Shown one piece after another: positions 1 through 10,643 of a DNA stretch of 64,000 bases. The translations under genes were made by a program, and so were the position numbers. A model generated the notes under the pieces. The model worked only from the letters and a program-made list of their open reading frames with translations, made no database searches and had not been told where the DNA came from. Location: positions 192,001-256,000 of the forward strand of contig OY968764.1 of NCBI GenBank assembly GCA_963695335.1, given 5' to 3'. The first letter of the stretch is position 1. Every line of letters begins with the position of its first letter. Source of the DNA: an uncultured bacterium. Its GTDB lineage: Bacteria > Babelota > Babeliae > Babelales > Vermiphilaceae.

Positions 1-1086
1 GGTATTGCCATTACATGCAACAAACAACTCATGGATAAAATCTATATTGAGGCCTCAGAAATATCTTCCACTTTTACACTTAAAAGTTTTACTTCCATTG
101 TTACAATGATGAACAAAGCAAAAACTGAACATATAACTGAAACTGTTATGGGGAACTATGCATACACTTTATGGCTGCCTTATAAAAACTCTCAAAAGCA
201 AAATTACGAAAAGACTGCGAAGAGAGCTCCGGTACTTTTTTTTGGGTACTTAAAACACTATAACCAGACAGTCAACACAACAAAAGAGCAATTACCAAAG
301 CTCAATAATATATACAGAAAAACATCATCAACAAAAGTTAATAACCGACTTGCTCAAAAGCTTAACCTTTCATCATCTGCAAACAAAAAACATGAGGAGA
401 TTATATATGATGAAGCTCACGCAATTAAAAACTATCATGCATTTGCTGCATTAAAACAAGCTATAGATCTCAATCTCACAAAACAATGTAACCATTTTCT
501 TTCTTATATCTATTCAGAAGACAACACACCACATAATAAATATCTGAATCTTTCTTATGACAAATTAAAAAGTGAGATGTATGAAAAAGCAATCAATCGC
601 GATACATGGAATTTGTTAGACGATGCAAACTTTATCTATGATATGATACAGATAATTGAAGCTGGAAAAACATTAATACCTGCAAAACAAGAACACGATT
701 TTGGCTATGATATTATTGAATCAGAACAAACATTCACAGGACAACTTTTTTCTTTTGCAAACATAGATTACACAAGTAAAACAAGAAAACGTATTGGTAT
801 GCTATGCCATCTTATACAAACATATAATGATGAACGCAAAGCTAAAAAATCACCAACAATGGAACAATATCTTGCTCATAAAGAGTATCTCCAACTGTGC
901 CCTTTTTATCTTACAAATCTATCAGTCTTTGCCTTTCCAGATTCATTTGATCATAAGCTCCTTGATGAAAAAATATATGCGTTTGATGAATTAAAAAAAT
1001 TAACCGATATGGTATGGACATTAAAATCTGCCACTGATGAAAATGTACAAGAATGCGTTGATCAAATTTATCCGCCAAGGAAATAG
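1..1086 (+). CDS. Hypothetical protein, probably truncated by the window edge; paralog of the C-terminal part of the next gene
   Basis: Frame is open from base 1. Shares motifs with 1092..2576 (KSEMYEKA/KSEFYTKA, RKRIGMLCHL/RKRIVLFCRL, LLDEKIYAFDE/LLDENSYAFEE). Confidence 0.8.
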   Translation, partial: GIAITCNKQLMDKIYIEASEISSTFTLKSFTSIVTMMNKAKTEHITETVMGNYAYTLWLPYKNSQKQNYEKTAKRAPVLFFGYLKHYNQTVNTTKEQLPKLNNIYRKTSSTKVNNRLAQKLNLSSSANKKHEEIIYDEAHAIKNYHAFAALKQAIDLNLTKQCNHFLSYIYSEDNTPHNKYLNLSYDKLKSEMYEKAINRDTWNLLDDANFIYDMIQIIEAGKTLIPAKQEHDFGYDIIESEQTFTGQLFSFANIDYTSKTRKRIGMLCHLIQTYNDERKAKKSPTMEQYLAHKEYLQLCPFYLTNLSVFAFPDSFDHKLLDEKIYAFDELKKLTDMVWTLKSATDENVQECVDQIYPPRK

Positions 1087-1091
1087 TAATC

Positions 1092-2576
1092 ATGAAAAAA
1101 TTATATCTCTCTTTATTGCTAACCACCACCATCTCTGTATCATGCATGGAAAAAGAACAACAATATTACGGTTACAATCCACAACAAACAACTGTTCCTC
1201 TATTCACCCTTACAACACCATATCAACCTACTATTCAACAATACTCCCAACCGGGATATTGCGAAGCCAATGAACCTGGTTGGGAATTTTATGATAGCAT
1301 CGAAAACACAAGCTATCATTCACACTACTCTTCTGTTATACAACCCTCTCCAATGACCACAGTTCAACTTACTCCTATCTACAAACCTGCAAATACAAAC
1401 ACCACTCAAAAGAGTAAAAAAACAAACGCAACTCTTACTGAAAAAAATAAAAAGTGGCTCCTAAACAGCAATTCCCCTGAAGCTATAGAGGTAACTATTA
1501 CTCAAAAAGATAAAGAATGGTTCTTGGATACTAATTCTTTACAACCCGAGAAAATTATCCCACAGGTACTTACTATCATGGAAGCGCTTCATGGCCAAGC
1601 ATACAATATTTTAAACCGTTACCGACATAATACAACTCGCAGTAAACAAAAATTTGAAAATGAACAATTTGCCCAAATCATCAAAGATATGAACAATGCA
1701 AAAGAGAAAGGTATCAATGAAAACCTTATGGGAGAATTTGCATATAAAAAAGGTTGGGATTCATGCATACCTATTATTTTCATGCTTCTAAAAAAATATA
1801 ACGCAACTGTGCAAGCAACCGGTGAAAAACTGCCCTTTGTTTATAGTTCAAAAAAACCCTCTCTTACAGAAATACTCAATACGCGTACTAATACAAATAC
1901 AAAAAATGTTACTCCTCATATAACCAATACATGTAATGAGATCACAAAATATCCAGCATTCTTTCAACTCATTTATACTTTGTGTGATACAGCACAAGAA
2001 CAACTATCTTATTCCTCAACAGAAACTTTTATGACCTATTTATACGAAAACAACAACATATTACTTGAAGACTATTCTGATGGTTCTTACAAAGATTTTA
2101 AAAGTGAATTTTATACCAAAGCGTATGATATGCTCCAAGCATTTTTGCATGAATCTGGCGTGAACTGTTATAACCTTGTACAGATGATTGATAAAGCAAA
2201 AGAAATGGGTGAAATACATAATGAAGATGATCTTATCGCTCACATGGCTAGTTATACAGCACCACAATCTTTCATGACACAACTCAAAAGCACATTTGAT
2301 TCATCTCACATTGATACTGAAAGAAAACGAATCGTCCTTTTTTGTAGATTAGTAAAAATATATAACAATAAACGCGGTTTTAAAATGACTCCAACTCTTA
2401 ACCAACATCATGCGTATTCTGTAAAAAGAGCTCTCGATATCTCTTTGCCTGAATCTCTTAAAAACAAAGATCTTCTCGATGAAAACAGTTATGCTTTTGA
2501 AGAGATTGCAGCATTAAAAGATGCAACTAATGTACTAAAAAAATTAGATGCCAATGAAATAAAAGAGTTACTTTAA
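1092..2576 (+). CDS. Secreted hypothetical protein (signal peptide followed by Met)
   Basis: 494 aa ORF; MKKLYLSLLLTTTISVSC-MEK leader; paralog of the upstream gene. Confidence 0.85.
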   Translation: MKKLYLSLLLTTTISVSCMEKEQQYYGYNPQQTTVPLFTLTTPYQPTIQQYSQPGYCEANEPGWEFYDSIENTSYHSHYSSVIQPSPMTTVQLTPIYKPANTNTTQKSKKTNATLTEKNKKWLLNSNSPEAIEVTITQKDKEWFLDTNSLQPEKIIPQVLTIMEALHGQAYNILNRYRHNTTRSKQKFENEQFAQIIKDMNNAKEKGINENLMGEFAYKKGWDSCIPIIFMLLKKYNATVQATGEKLPFVYSSKKPSLTEILNTRTNTNTKNVTPHITNTCNEITKYPAFFQLIYTLCDTAQEQLSYSSTETFMTYLYENNNILLEDYSDGSYKDFKSEFYTKAYDMLQAFLHESGVNCYNLVQMIDKAKEMGEIHNEDDLIAHMASYTAPQSFMTQLKSTFDSSHIDTERKRIVLFCRLVKIYNNKRGFKMTPTLNQHHAYSVKRALDISLPESLKNKDLLDENSYAFEEIAALKDATNVLKKLDANEIKELL

Positions 2577-3187
2577 AATTTCTTTTCTACAGTCAACCAA
2601 TCAGAAATGCGGTTAGGATAATACAACTCTACACCCCGTATTCCCTTACGCCTTTTATCTATCATCTCTTGAATAACTATTTCAATAACCTCAACAAGCC
2701 ATCTATTTGCTTTGTCTCCCCAATTTTTACTTTCTTTTTCAGGGCATTGTCTCCACCCAAATTCTCCACGATCAGTATAATATACACAAGGAAACTCATA
2801 TATTTTTATATTAAACCGTTCATTTTGCGATGATTCTGTGCACACAGCATGTAAAATGATAAAATTGGGATATTGTGCTGGACGACTATGCTTAATATAA
2901 CTACACATTGCAGGAAAATTATCCCAACGAGACATAGAAATATCTTTTTTTACTCTGCGACTCATTCTTTCATAAGTAATGCTTTTGCTGAAATGATTGG
3001 TTAACAATATTTCTTTTTTTAAACCTTTATACGCGCTTGATACATTCACAATGTAATTATTGATATATAAAATAGGAATTTGACACTTAGGTTCTCGTAA
3101 CTGTACTATGCCTTCGTGTTGCATACCCAATACAACACTACACATACAAATCAATGCTACAATAAAAATACAGCTTCTATACATCAC
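2573..3187 (-). CDS. Secreted hypothetical protein
   Basis: 204 aa ORF with hydrophobic N-terminal leader; AAGGG upstream. Confidence 0.7.
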   Translation of the reverse strand: MMYRSCIFIVALICMCSVVLGMQHEGIVQLREPKCQIPILYINNYIVNVSSAYKGLKKEILLTNHFSKSITYERMSRRVKKDISMSRWDNFPAMCSYIKHSRPAQYPNFIILHAVCTESSQNERFNIKIYEFPCVYYTDRGEFGWRQCPEKESKNWGDKANRWLVEVIEIVIQEMIDKRRKGIRGVELYYPNRISDWLTVEKKF

Positions 3188-3201
3188 TACCCTTTTTTAA
3201 T

Positions 3202-3744
3202 CTAATGTTTAAGAAAGCCATGAACTGGCCACGGAAATGAAAAATCAAGATGAGCGTCATAAAGCTGCTGATGTTGGACAAAAAATTGTACCTGCTGCAA
3301 CAAAATACCATTCGCAACCAATGTTTTTAATAATCCTTCAATCAACATCCATTTTTTAAAAATAGTCTCTTCTTTTGTAAAAATATTGTGATCAAAAGAA
3401 AGATATGCGCAATCTGCTGTGGAAATAAGCGCTGATTGAACCATTGTTTTTTTAGGCGTTATATGTTCTTCATCAAGCAACATAAACCATGCATTAAGTA
3501 GTTGTAGAATGTTTTGTTCTACGCTATCTGACCATAGCAACTCTTGTTTTTCCGCTTTCCACTTATCACCGTGATAATAATGCATGAAAATCTGTTTTTT
3601 TTGTATTGCTGATGATGTGTTTGTTGCATATTGCGCACTCCAAGGGGAAGAAAACAAAATTAACTGATTGTAGATGGCAAAAAAAAGGAGCGCTGAAATA
3701 CATGCAGCGCTGGAAATGATTATATATAGTTGTTTTGTATTCAT
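3202..3744 (-). CDS. Membrane-anchored GerMN-like protein
   Basis: N-terminal TM helix; AYLSF and 'IEGLLKTL...QVQFFV...HLDFSFP' resemble GerMN; overlaps an amidase-like gene. Confidence 0.55.
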   Translation of the reverse strand: MNTKQLYIIISSAACISALLFFAIYNQLILFSSPWSAQYATNTSSAIQKKQIFMHYYHGDKWKAEKQELLWSDSVEQNILQLLNAWFMLLDEEHITPKKTMVQSALISTADCAYLSFDHNIFTKEETIFKKWMLIEGLLKTLVANGILLQQVQFFVQHQQLYDAHLDFSFPWPVHGFLKH

Positions 3745-4412
3745 GAAGGTAACCCATCAACAACCGCAATAATTGCACTCGCCAACGGCTCACTATAATA
3801 ATGCCACCAATCTTTACTTTTCAATCCGATATCAAACGCAACACTCGGAGCAACAACACCAATTAACGGCTTAATGGGCAAACTATACGGACCAGAAACC
3901 ATGTATATTGATTGATACTGCTGTGCACACAGCTCGCGTTTTAATAACTGACATGCAACAGTTGTTGTATCTTTATTAATCCTGTACGCCTGATCATACG
4001 TATGCAACACTATACCTTGCTCACATGATGCAAAATCATTCCCGTACGAAAATTGATACATATGCACCGTTGGTTTTGTTTCTTGCGTATAATAAAAATT
4101 AAGATTAATAAAAAAATCCGCTTGTAAGCGGTTTGCTAATGTTGCATTTTGCAGATCATACACATTATCACCCGGCATGCGCGTAATAACAATTTTAATA
4201 TGCGGTGCACGTTCTTCTATGATCTCTTTTATTTTTTCAGCACACTGCAACGTCAATCCACGTTCAAAACTGTCACCGATGCGTCTGCCAACACGCTTGG
4301 CATCACCTGAAGGATCTATGACAACAATACGTTGACGTTTGCCTTCGCGAATTGCGAAGGTGTAGCTGATAACAATACACAATAAAAAAATAATTTTTTT
4401 TTTCATCTGCAC
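3741..4412 (-). CDS. N-acetylmuramoyl-L-alanine amidase (Amidase_3)-like protein, Zn ligands degenerate
   Basis: IVVIDPSG...ERGLTL...VITR...RLQADFFINLNF...PSVAFDIG follows the Amidase_3 motif order, but the His/Glu ligands are replaced. Confidence 0.75.
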   Translation of the reverse strand: MQMKKKIIFLLCIVISYTFAIREGKRQRIVVIDPSGDAKRVGRRIGDSFERGLTLQCAEKIKEIIEERAPHIKIVITRMPGDNVYDLQNATLANRLQADFFINLNFYYTQETKPTVHMYQFSYGNDFASCEQGIVLHTYDQAYRINKDTTTVACQLLKRELCAQQYQSIYMVSGPYSLPIKPLIGVVAPSVAFDIGLKSKDWWHYYSEPLASAIIAVVDGLPS

Positions 4413-6583
4413 GCTAAATCTGTTGTCAAAAATTGCTGTAAAAACGTAATGCGCTCGCTATTTTTTTTATTTTTTATACCCATAGCAACAGCGCGCGATT
4501 GCCCTATTATTATACACAGTTTCTTTGCACGCGTAACAGCAGTGTATAATAAATTTCTTTGGAGCATCATAAAATGTTGCATAAAGATGGGAATAATAAC
4601 TGCAGAAAATTCTGAACCCTGACTTTTGTGAATTGATATTGCATATGCATGCACCAATTCATTCAAATCAGACATTTCGTATTCAACAAGATTTTCAAAA
4701 AAACGAACTTTTATTATTTTATCTTCTGAATCAATCGTCTCAACAACACCAATATCACCATTAAACACATGTTTATCATAATTATTGCGCAATTGCATCA
4801 CTCGATCGCCAATATAATAATGTGCACCTGCATACACCAACGAATTGCCATCATGCTCTTTATTAAGCATCTGTTGCAGATCATGATTCAATTTTTGTGT
4901 TCCTGCAACACCACGGTGCATTGGCGTGAGTACAATCGCATCATCTTTGTGTATGCCATAACGGTGCAATTTAGAAAAAATAGTTTCCAAATGCAGCGGT
5001 ATATTTTCTGGATTATCTTCTTTAATAAAAATAAAATCTTTACGTGTGTTCTCGTGCTCGTACGCAAGAGATTCGCCATTATTAATGCGATGAGCATTGA
5101 TCACAATCAGACTGTTTTGCGCTTGCCTGAATATATGTTTCAGACCAACTACGATAATTTTTTGACTCGCAATCATATCATTAAGAAAATTACCAGCACC
5201 AACAGATGGCAACTGGTCAACATCTCCAATTACAATAAGATGTGCTGATAATGGCAATGCTTTAAGCAATGCATTAGCCAAAAACACATCTATCATAGAA
5301 GCTTCATCAACAATCAAAAAATCAACTGCTAGCGAACGTGATTCATTGTATCTAAAGCTCATGGTGCTCACATCAAAATCTAATAATCTATGCAACGTAT
5401 ATGCTGGGCGCCCGGTACCTTCAGTAATACGTTTTGCAGCCCTTCCTGTTGGCGCTGCAAGTGCATATTTTACTTGTTTAAGATCGAGCATCATTAACAG
5501 TTTTTTGATTAATGTTGTTTTACCTGTTCCTGGACCACCAGTAATAATGGTCACCTTGTTCTGTAAACATGCAAGCACACCGTCTTGTTGTTGCTCGTTG
5601 AGCATTAATGTTCCCGCAGATTGATCTTGTAATAATGTTTTTATGTGAGATATATCAAACATGTGATGCGATGGAGCTGTAATCATCTTATCAAGCTTGT
5701 GCGCAATCCCTTTTTCAGAAAAGTAAAACTTGGGCAACGTGATATAATGAATATCATTGTGCGTGAGCAGTTTAATTTTATCTGCATTATACAGTTCATG
5801 CAGCGCACACTTGGTAGTTTGCTGTATTGCCTCTAACTCCAATTCAAGCAGTTCTGCCATCTCTTTTTTAAGCTCATCAAGCTGAATATACAAATTACCA
5901 TCAGAAGCTGTTGTTTGAATAACATGTAAAATTGCTGCAGTGATCCGGCGTTTACAATCAGGAGCAATGCCACTTTTTTGTGCTATCTGATCCGCTGTCT
6001 TAAAGCCAACACCCCAAATATCTTGTGCAAGGCGATACGGATTTTCTTCAATAATAGCAATTGCATTTTCTTTATACTGTTTATAAATTTTTACTGCATA
6101 CGTGGCGGATATGCCTTTGTTTTGCAGAAAAACCATGATATTAGAAATCTCTTTTTGGTCTTTCCATGCAGCAACAATAATTGCAACACGTTTTGCACCA
6201 ATACCAGGAACAGACCTAAGACGTTCTGGGTGTTGGTCAATAATTTCCAAAACTTTTTCACCAAATGCTGCAACTAACTTATCACCATACACGGGCCCTA
6301 TTCCTTTAATAAGGCCCGATCCGAGGTATTTTTTAAGTCCAAAAATAGAAGTTGGTGCCTGTTTTTCACACGATTGTGCATCAAACTGTTTGCCAAATTT
6401 TTGATGCATATTCCAAACACCACGCACCACAACCTGCTCACCAGCAATAATAGAAGGCACAGATCCTTTAACGGTGACGCTATCTTTAGCAGTAACTTTT
6501 ACCACAAAAACAGCAAAACCATTCTCTTGATTTTGATAAATAACGCGATCAACAATTCCTTGTAACGATTCGATTTCAGCCAT
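4403..6583 (-). CDS. recD2: ATP-dependent RecD-like DNA helicase RecD2
   Basis: N-terminal HhH region (LIKGIGP), TGGPGTGKTT, APTGRAA, DEASM, GDVDQL, HKSQGSEF, LLYTAVTRAK. Confidence 0.95.
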   Translation of the reverse strand: MAEIESLQGIVDRVIYQNQENGFAVFVVKVTAKDSVTVKGSVPSIIAGEQVVVRGVWNMHQKFGKQFDAQSCEKQAPTSIFGLKKYLGSGLIKGIGPVYGDKLVAAFGEKVLEIIDQHPERLRSVPGIGAKRVAIIVAAWKDQKEISNIMVFLQNKGISATYAVKIYKQYKENAIAIIEENPYRLAQDIWGVGFKTADQIAQKSGIAPDCKRRITAAILHVIQTTASDGNLYIQLDELKKEMAELLELELEAIQQTTKCALHELYNADKIKLLTHNDIHYITLPKFYFSEKGIAHKLDKMITAPSHHMFDISHIKTLLQDQSAGTLMLNEQQQDGVLACLQNKVTIITGGPGTGKTTLIKKLLMMLDLKQVKYALAAPTGRAAKRITEGTGRPAYTLHRLLDFDVSTMSFRYNESRSLAVDFLIVDEASMIDVFLANALLKALPLSAHLIVIGDVDQLPSVGAGNFLNDMIASQKIIVVGLKHIFRQAQNSLIVINAHRINNGESLAYEHENTRKDFIFIKEDNPENIPLHLETIFSKLHRYGIHKDDAIVLTPMHRGVAGTQKLNHDLQQMLNKEHDGNSLVYAGAHYYIGDRVMQLRNNYDKHVFNGDIGVVETIDSEDKIIKVRFFENLVEYEMSDLNELVHAYAISIHKSQGSEFSAVIIPIFMQHFMMLQRNLLYTAVTRAKKLCIIIGQSRAVAMGIKNKKNSERITFLQQFLTTDLACR

Positions 6584-6588
6584 GTAGA

Positions 6589-7455
6589 TTAATTCGTATG
6601 CTTTATATATTCAATTAACAAAGGTGCGATAACTTGTGGAGTAATTTCATGCAAAGCTATTCCATCAAGATATCGCTCTTTAAGATGTTTAAGAAATTCA
6701 ATTTCATTAACATGCTCGCTTTTTACGTGCGCTTTTTTAAACACTGTTGGCAGTATGCTTTTCACAGCGCTCCATTTTGCAACACGATCTTTAAATTGCA
6801 GTTCCGCTTTGGGGCAACTGTGCGTTAAATCAGCTAAGAAAGTAACCAGATCAGTTAAAAAGTAACAATACAAATTAAAATTGGTAATGTGACGTTCAAA
6901 CATGGTTGATTCTTGCCCTTCTTTGGTTTTAGCCCATTCAAGCAGAGGACTATCAAGATGATTACGTTTTTGACAATATTCTTGAATCAACACAATCATA
7001 ATATTTTTTGCACCACGTCCACTTTCTATAAACTCAGCTGATTGTACAATAAAATCTGCTTTGGCATGCGTTAAAAGCTCTTCAAATGCTAATAGTTTTT
7101 CTGCGTCTTCTTTACGGTTTGATCCAACTAATTCTTGTTCAATACGCGCAAGAGATTCTATGCTATGCCATTTACCACCAAACAGATATTTTCCTTTACG
7201 TTGCCCATCAGCCAGTTGATCACCAATAAGAAATGAAAGTAATGTGCGACGAAATTTTCTGATAAATTCTATTTTGTCAGCATTGATCAAGGTACCATCT
7301 GCAAGCTTAATAACAGATGCCTCCAATGTAATATTTTCTACTGCATACATGATAGGCATACTCATCAGTGGTAACAAAAATAGTGTCTTGTTCAATTGAG
7401 TCTCCTTTATACAAAATAGACTTATCCTCTTTATCTTCATTATCTTTCTTAGCAT
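6589..7455 (-). CDS. Hypothetical protein
   Basis: 288 aa ORF co-oriented between the OMP-like gene and recD2. Confidence 0.75.
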   Translation of the reverse strand: MLRKIMKIKRISLFCIKETQLNKTLFLLPLMSMPIMYAVENITLEASVIKLADGTLINADKIEFIRKFRRTLLSFLIGDQLADGQRKGKYLFGGKWHSIESLARIEQELVGSNRKEDAEKLLAFEELLTHAKADFIVQSAEFIESGRGAKNIMIVLIQEYCQKRNHLDSPLLEWAKTKEGQESTMFERHITNFNLYCYFLTDLVTFLADLTHSCPKAELQFKDRVAKWSAVKSILPTVFKKAHVKSEHVNEIEFLKHLKERYLDGIALHEITPQVIAPLLIEYIKHTN

Positions 7456-7469
7456 ATTACAGACTCTTA

Positions 7470-9164
7470 TTAAAAGCTTGCCTCAAAATTTAAAGAAAGC
7501 GTGTAATCTTTGCCAAGGCCCCGTTCAAAAAGTGAAACATCACCATTCAATGAAAAAAACCATGTGCGTCGATCTGCATTATGCTTTAACACAATCCCAC
7601 CAAACGCTTTACCTTGATACGCAATTGACTGTTTTGCTTTGGGAATATCAAGTGCACATATTGTTGCGTCAGGTGCATAAATTTTTGAAAAATGAGGTTT
7701 GCTTTGCAACCAAAAATCTGGTCCCACATTAAAGCCCCATTGCTGACCTTTATAATATAAGCCTCCTGACCAACGGAAAATCACTCCCGGAATAATACGC
7801 GTATCAAATGCACGTAAAAAAAGCCGCTCAACAACTTGTTCAGTTAAAAACTGTACATTATCGGCAGCAACTTGAGCATTTTCAGTATCGTTAAAATCAC
7901 GATCGGCAAACGCTTGTTCATTAATTTTATTAATATAAAATCGTTTTTCTGATGAAGGGAATTGAACTTCTAATGATGTACGTCCAGCAAAATGCATTCG
8001 ATCAGCAAATGTTGTACTGATAAAATGATGCAATGGCACTTTCCATCGTGTGTATGCGCCAACACCAAAATGGTGATTGTTGCCAAGTGGTGTATCAAGT
8101 AAATTGGCCGCAACACGATCCAAACTATCAAGAAAAAAATCCTTGAGTATCACGGTTGCTTCACTCGCGGTTGGATTTCCAGCCGCTTCAATAAGAGGTT
8201 CTAATTCAAACACTGGTAAACTCGACGGTTTAGGAAATTGTGAACCTGCAAATCCACCACCCCATGTCCATGCTGTTGGCAATGTTAAAAAACCACCACA
8301 ACGCAATGTATATTTTGGTCTTTTGAACGTGATATTATCAACCTCAATCCGCGTATCACCAAACCCTATTTTATCACTAATAAAATGTTGCTTATTAAAA
8401 ATATCCGCTTCATCTGGATCAAAAACACCAAATATGGGATTGAGCACCTCATCTGCAAGATCTTTTTCTTGTTGCGTTAAAGAAAAATTGCTCTGCAAAT
8501 AATAAATGGGCATCATCAAACGAAAAGTTGTTTTACGCCAGCGCTTCATACAATGAAACATAAACCCAGCTTGCCGTTCCTCTACGGTCATGTTTTCAAA
8601 AACAGAAAATAGATCAGCAAAATCTATATTAATACCAGGAGGAGACAGTTCATTGATTGCATTAAGCGCATTTTGCAGCTTAGTCAATAACGTTTCTTCT
8701 GTAAGTGCTATGTATGATGCTAGTTTGGTACTATTTTTGGTAAAATTAGAACGATCTATTTTGTGCGCAAAGGCATGAGCACCCACCACAAAACTTTTAG
8801 GGAATTCCGCACGATCAGGTTCAAAAATGGGTTGATCAAGTAAACTTCTTTTATTCAAAACATTGGTATGCAAAAAAACAGGTTCTTCCAAAATTGCCGG
8901 CACCCCCAAACGGTTAAGAATGATCATAATATCTCCAGGGTTTATTGACCGAGATATATGGTCCATACCAGCAGTATCAAGATACTCCATTAATTGATAA
9001 TCATCATCTTCAAAAGAGATCATATCAAAGTCAAAATCAAAATCTTTTGTGGTATCTTCTTGATGGCTCTGCTCACTGGCATAAGCATGATTGGGTAAAA
9101 AAAGCGATGCGGTACTACTCAAAAACAGTACAGAGCATAATAATCGTATCACATAACTCATCAT
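7470..9164 (-). CDS. Putative outer-membrane beta-barrel protein (lineage-specific)
   Basis: Signal peptide, alternating beta-strand C-terminus ending in Phe (YTLSLNFEASF); motifs shared with 60545..62155. Confidence 0.6.
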   Translation of the reverse strand: MMSYVIRLLCSVLFLSSTASLFLPNHAYASEQSHQEDTTKDFDFDFDMISFEDDDYQLMEYLDTAGMDHISRSINPGDIMIILNRLGVPAILEEPVFLHTNVLNKRSLLDQPIFEPDRAEFPKSFVVGAHAFAHKIDRSNFTKNSTKLASYIALTEETLLTKLQNALNAINELSPPGINIDFADLFSVFENMTVEERQAGFMFHCMKRWRKTTFRLMMPIYYLQSNFSLTQQEKDLADEVLNPIFGVFDPDEADIFNKQHFISDKIGFGDTRIEVDNITFKRPKYTLRCGGFLTLPTAWTWGGGFAGSQFPKPSSLPVFELEPLIEAAGNPTASEATVILKDFFLDSLDRVAANLLDTPLGNNHHFGVGAYTRWKVPLHHFISTTFADRMHFAGRTSLEVQFPSSEKRFYINKINEQAFADRDFNDTENAQVAADNVQFLTEQVVERLFLRAFDTRIIPGVIFRWSGGLYYKGQQWGFNVGPDFWLQSKPHFSKIYAPDATICALDIPKAKQSIAYQGKAFGGIVLKHNADRRTWFFSLNGDVSLFERGLGKDYTLSLNFEASF

Positions 9165-9400
9165 AATTTTTTATATTTCTTTACTTAAAATTTCAGATTT
9201 TTTAAAAACAAACAGATAAAATCATATAATATATCGCTGATGACATGTAACAATTATTGCAAAATTTTAAAAAAAATGATACTCCCCTCCCCTAAAACCC
9301 CTATTTTGTCAATATTGTTCTTGTGAAAAAATAAAAAACTGCGCTACACTAAGAAAAGATAGAATAATCCCCTAAATGTCGAAGTTTTTCTATATCTGTA

Positions 9401-9472
9401 TGCGCTCATTCTGAACTTGTTGAAGAATTAAGCGCTCGAAAGATATCCTTCGACAGGCTCAGGATGAGCGCA
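9401..9472. repeat. REP-like palindromic element, family A (inverted pair)
   Basis: tgcgctcattctgaacttgttgaaga ... tccttcgacaggctcaggatgagcgca. Related copies near 12750, 21036, 21717, 32203, 34693, 62320 and 63961. Confidence 0.75.
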
Positions 9473-9523
9473 GGGATGAAAAAACAAGTAAACTCTAACA
9501 ACAAAAATGATAAAAGGGTCACC

Positions 9524-9778
9524 ATGGATGGAATCTTTTATGCAAAAGCAGCTGCGTATATTGGCGCAGCAATAACAATGGGTTTTGGTAGCCTCGGGCC
9601 TGCAATTGGTCAAGGAATGATTGGAATGAAAGCTTGTGAAAATATTGGTAAGTATCCAGAAAGTGCAAACAAGATCCGTGCAACAATGATTTTCGCCTTG
9701 ATTATTGTAGAATCTTCTTCAATTTATTGCCTACTGATTTCTGGTGCATTATTACTCTTTGGTTCACAAATTGGATAA
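9524..9778 (+). CDS. atpE: F0 ATP synthase subunit c (Na+-binding signature)
   Basis: GSLGPAIGQG...YPE...IVESSSIY. ATG 9524 after aaaggg is preferred over the start in the ORF track. Confidence 0.95.
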   Translation: MDGIFYAKAAAYIGAAITMGFGSLGPAIGQGMIGMKACENIGKYPESANKIRATMIFALIIVESSSIYCLLISGALLLFGSQIG

Positions 9779-9784
9779 GCTTCA

Positions 9785-10156
9785 ATGACTATAAATGGAA
9801 CATTACTTATTCAAGCATTCAATTTTATGATCGTATATTGCATGCTGCGAATTTTCTTGTTTAAACCTGTCATCAGTATTATTGAGCATGAAAAAGCGCA
9901 AGAAAACAGTATGCTTGATAGCATTGATCAGCAAGTAAAAAGTCTTGAAATCCAAGAAAAAGAGCGGCAACGTCACTGGTATATCTGCCAAGAATATTTT
10001 AAAACACATCAACCTCCGCTCTACAAAGAATCACTATTCCTTGCAGATGATACAGAAACCAGTATTGATATCTCTCCAATTGTATCATCTGATATTGCCC
10101 ATATAATCGCTGATACGCACAGCGTTATAGAGGAAAAAATAAAACATGTTCAGTAA
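9785..10156 (+). CDS. atpF: F0 subunit b/b' (divergent)
   Basis: INGTLLIQAFNF...LFKPV; position in the atp cluster. Confidence 0.75.
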   Translation: MTINGTLLIQAFNFMIVYCMLRIFLFKPVISIIEHEKAQENSMLDSIDQQVKSLEIQEKERQRHWYICQEYFKTHQPPLYKESLFLADDTETSIDISPIVSSDIAHIIADTHSVIEEKIKHVQ

Positions 10157-10643
10157 TCAAGATATTATTGTTATCGCATTCAAGCTCATTAATTTTGCGG
10201 CACTTATTGGTGTGGGCTTTTTTCTTTTTAAAAAACATGTTTTACCCGATCTTCTTTTGAGTATTGCAAGAAAAAAGAACAAACAAGATTCACTATTCTT
10301 GCAACAAACCAATCTTGAAAAACAACAATTCAACCTTGATATCCAGTTAAAAGAAGATGCTGCACAGTGCGAAGCTTTTAGAGCCAAGATTGATGAATGG
10401 AAAAAAGTTGTTGCACAACAGCATAATCAACTTACAAAAGAACATGAATATATGGTGGTGCTTGTGCGTAAACGAATGGAACATACTGCCACGCAACGTG
10501 AACAAAAACGCATACAAAAAATTGTTGCTCACGCCGTTGTTGCACAATTACAAAAATCTCTCTCTCAATATTTTGAAAAACCACAAGAAAGTTCTGAGTA
10601 CCTCAATTCAATCATTGATTTTATGAATGAAAGAATATCGTGA
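10146..10643 (+). CDS. atpF: F0 subunit b (second, divergent)
   Basis: FKLINFAALI TM helix plus coiled coil; position in the atp cluster. Confidence 0.7.
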   Translation: MFSNQDIIVIAFKLINFAALIGVGFFLFKKHVLPDLLLSIARKKNKQDSLFLQQTNLEKQQFNLDIQLKEDAAQCEAFRAKIDEWKKVVAQQHNQLTKEHEYMVVLVRKRMEHTATQREQKRIQKIVAHAVVAQLQKSLSQYFEKPQESSEYLNSIIDFMNERIS

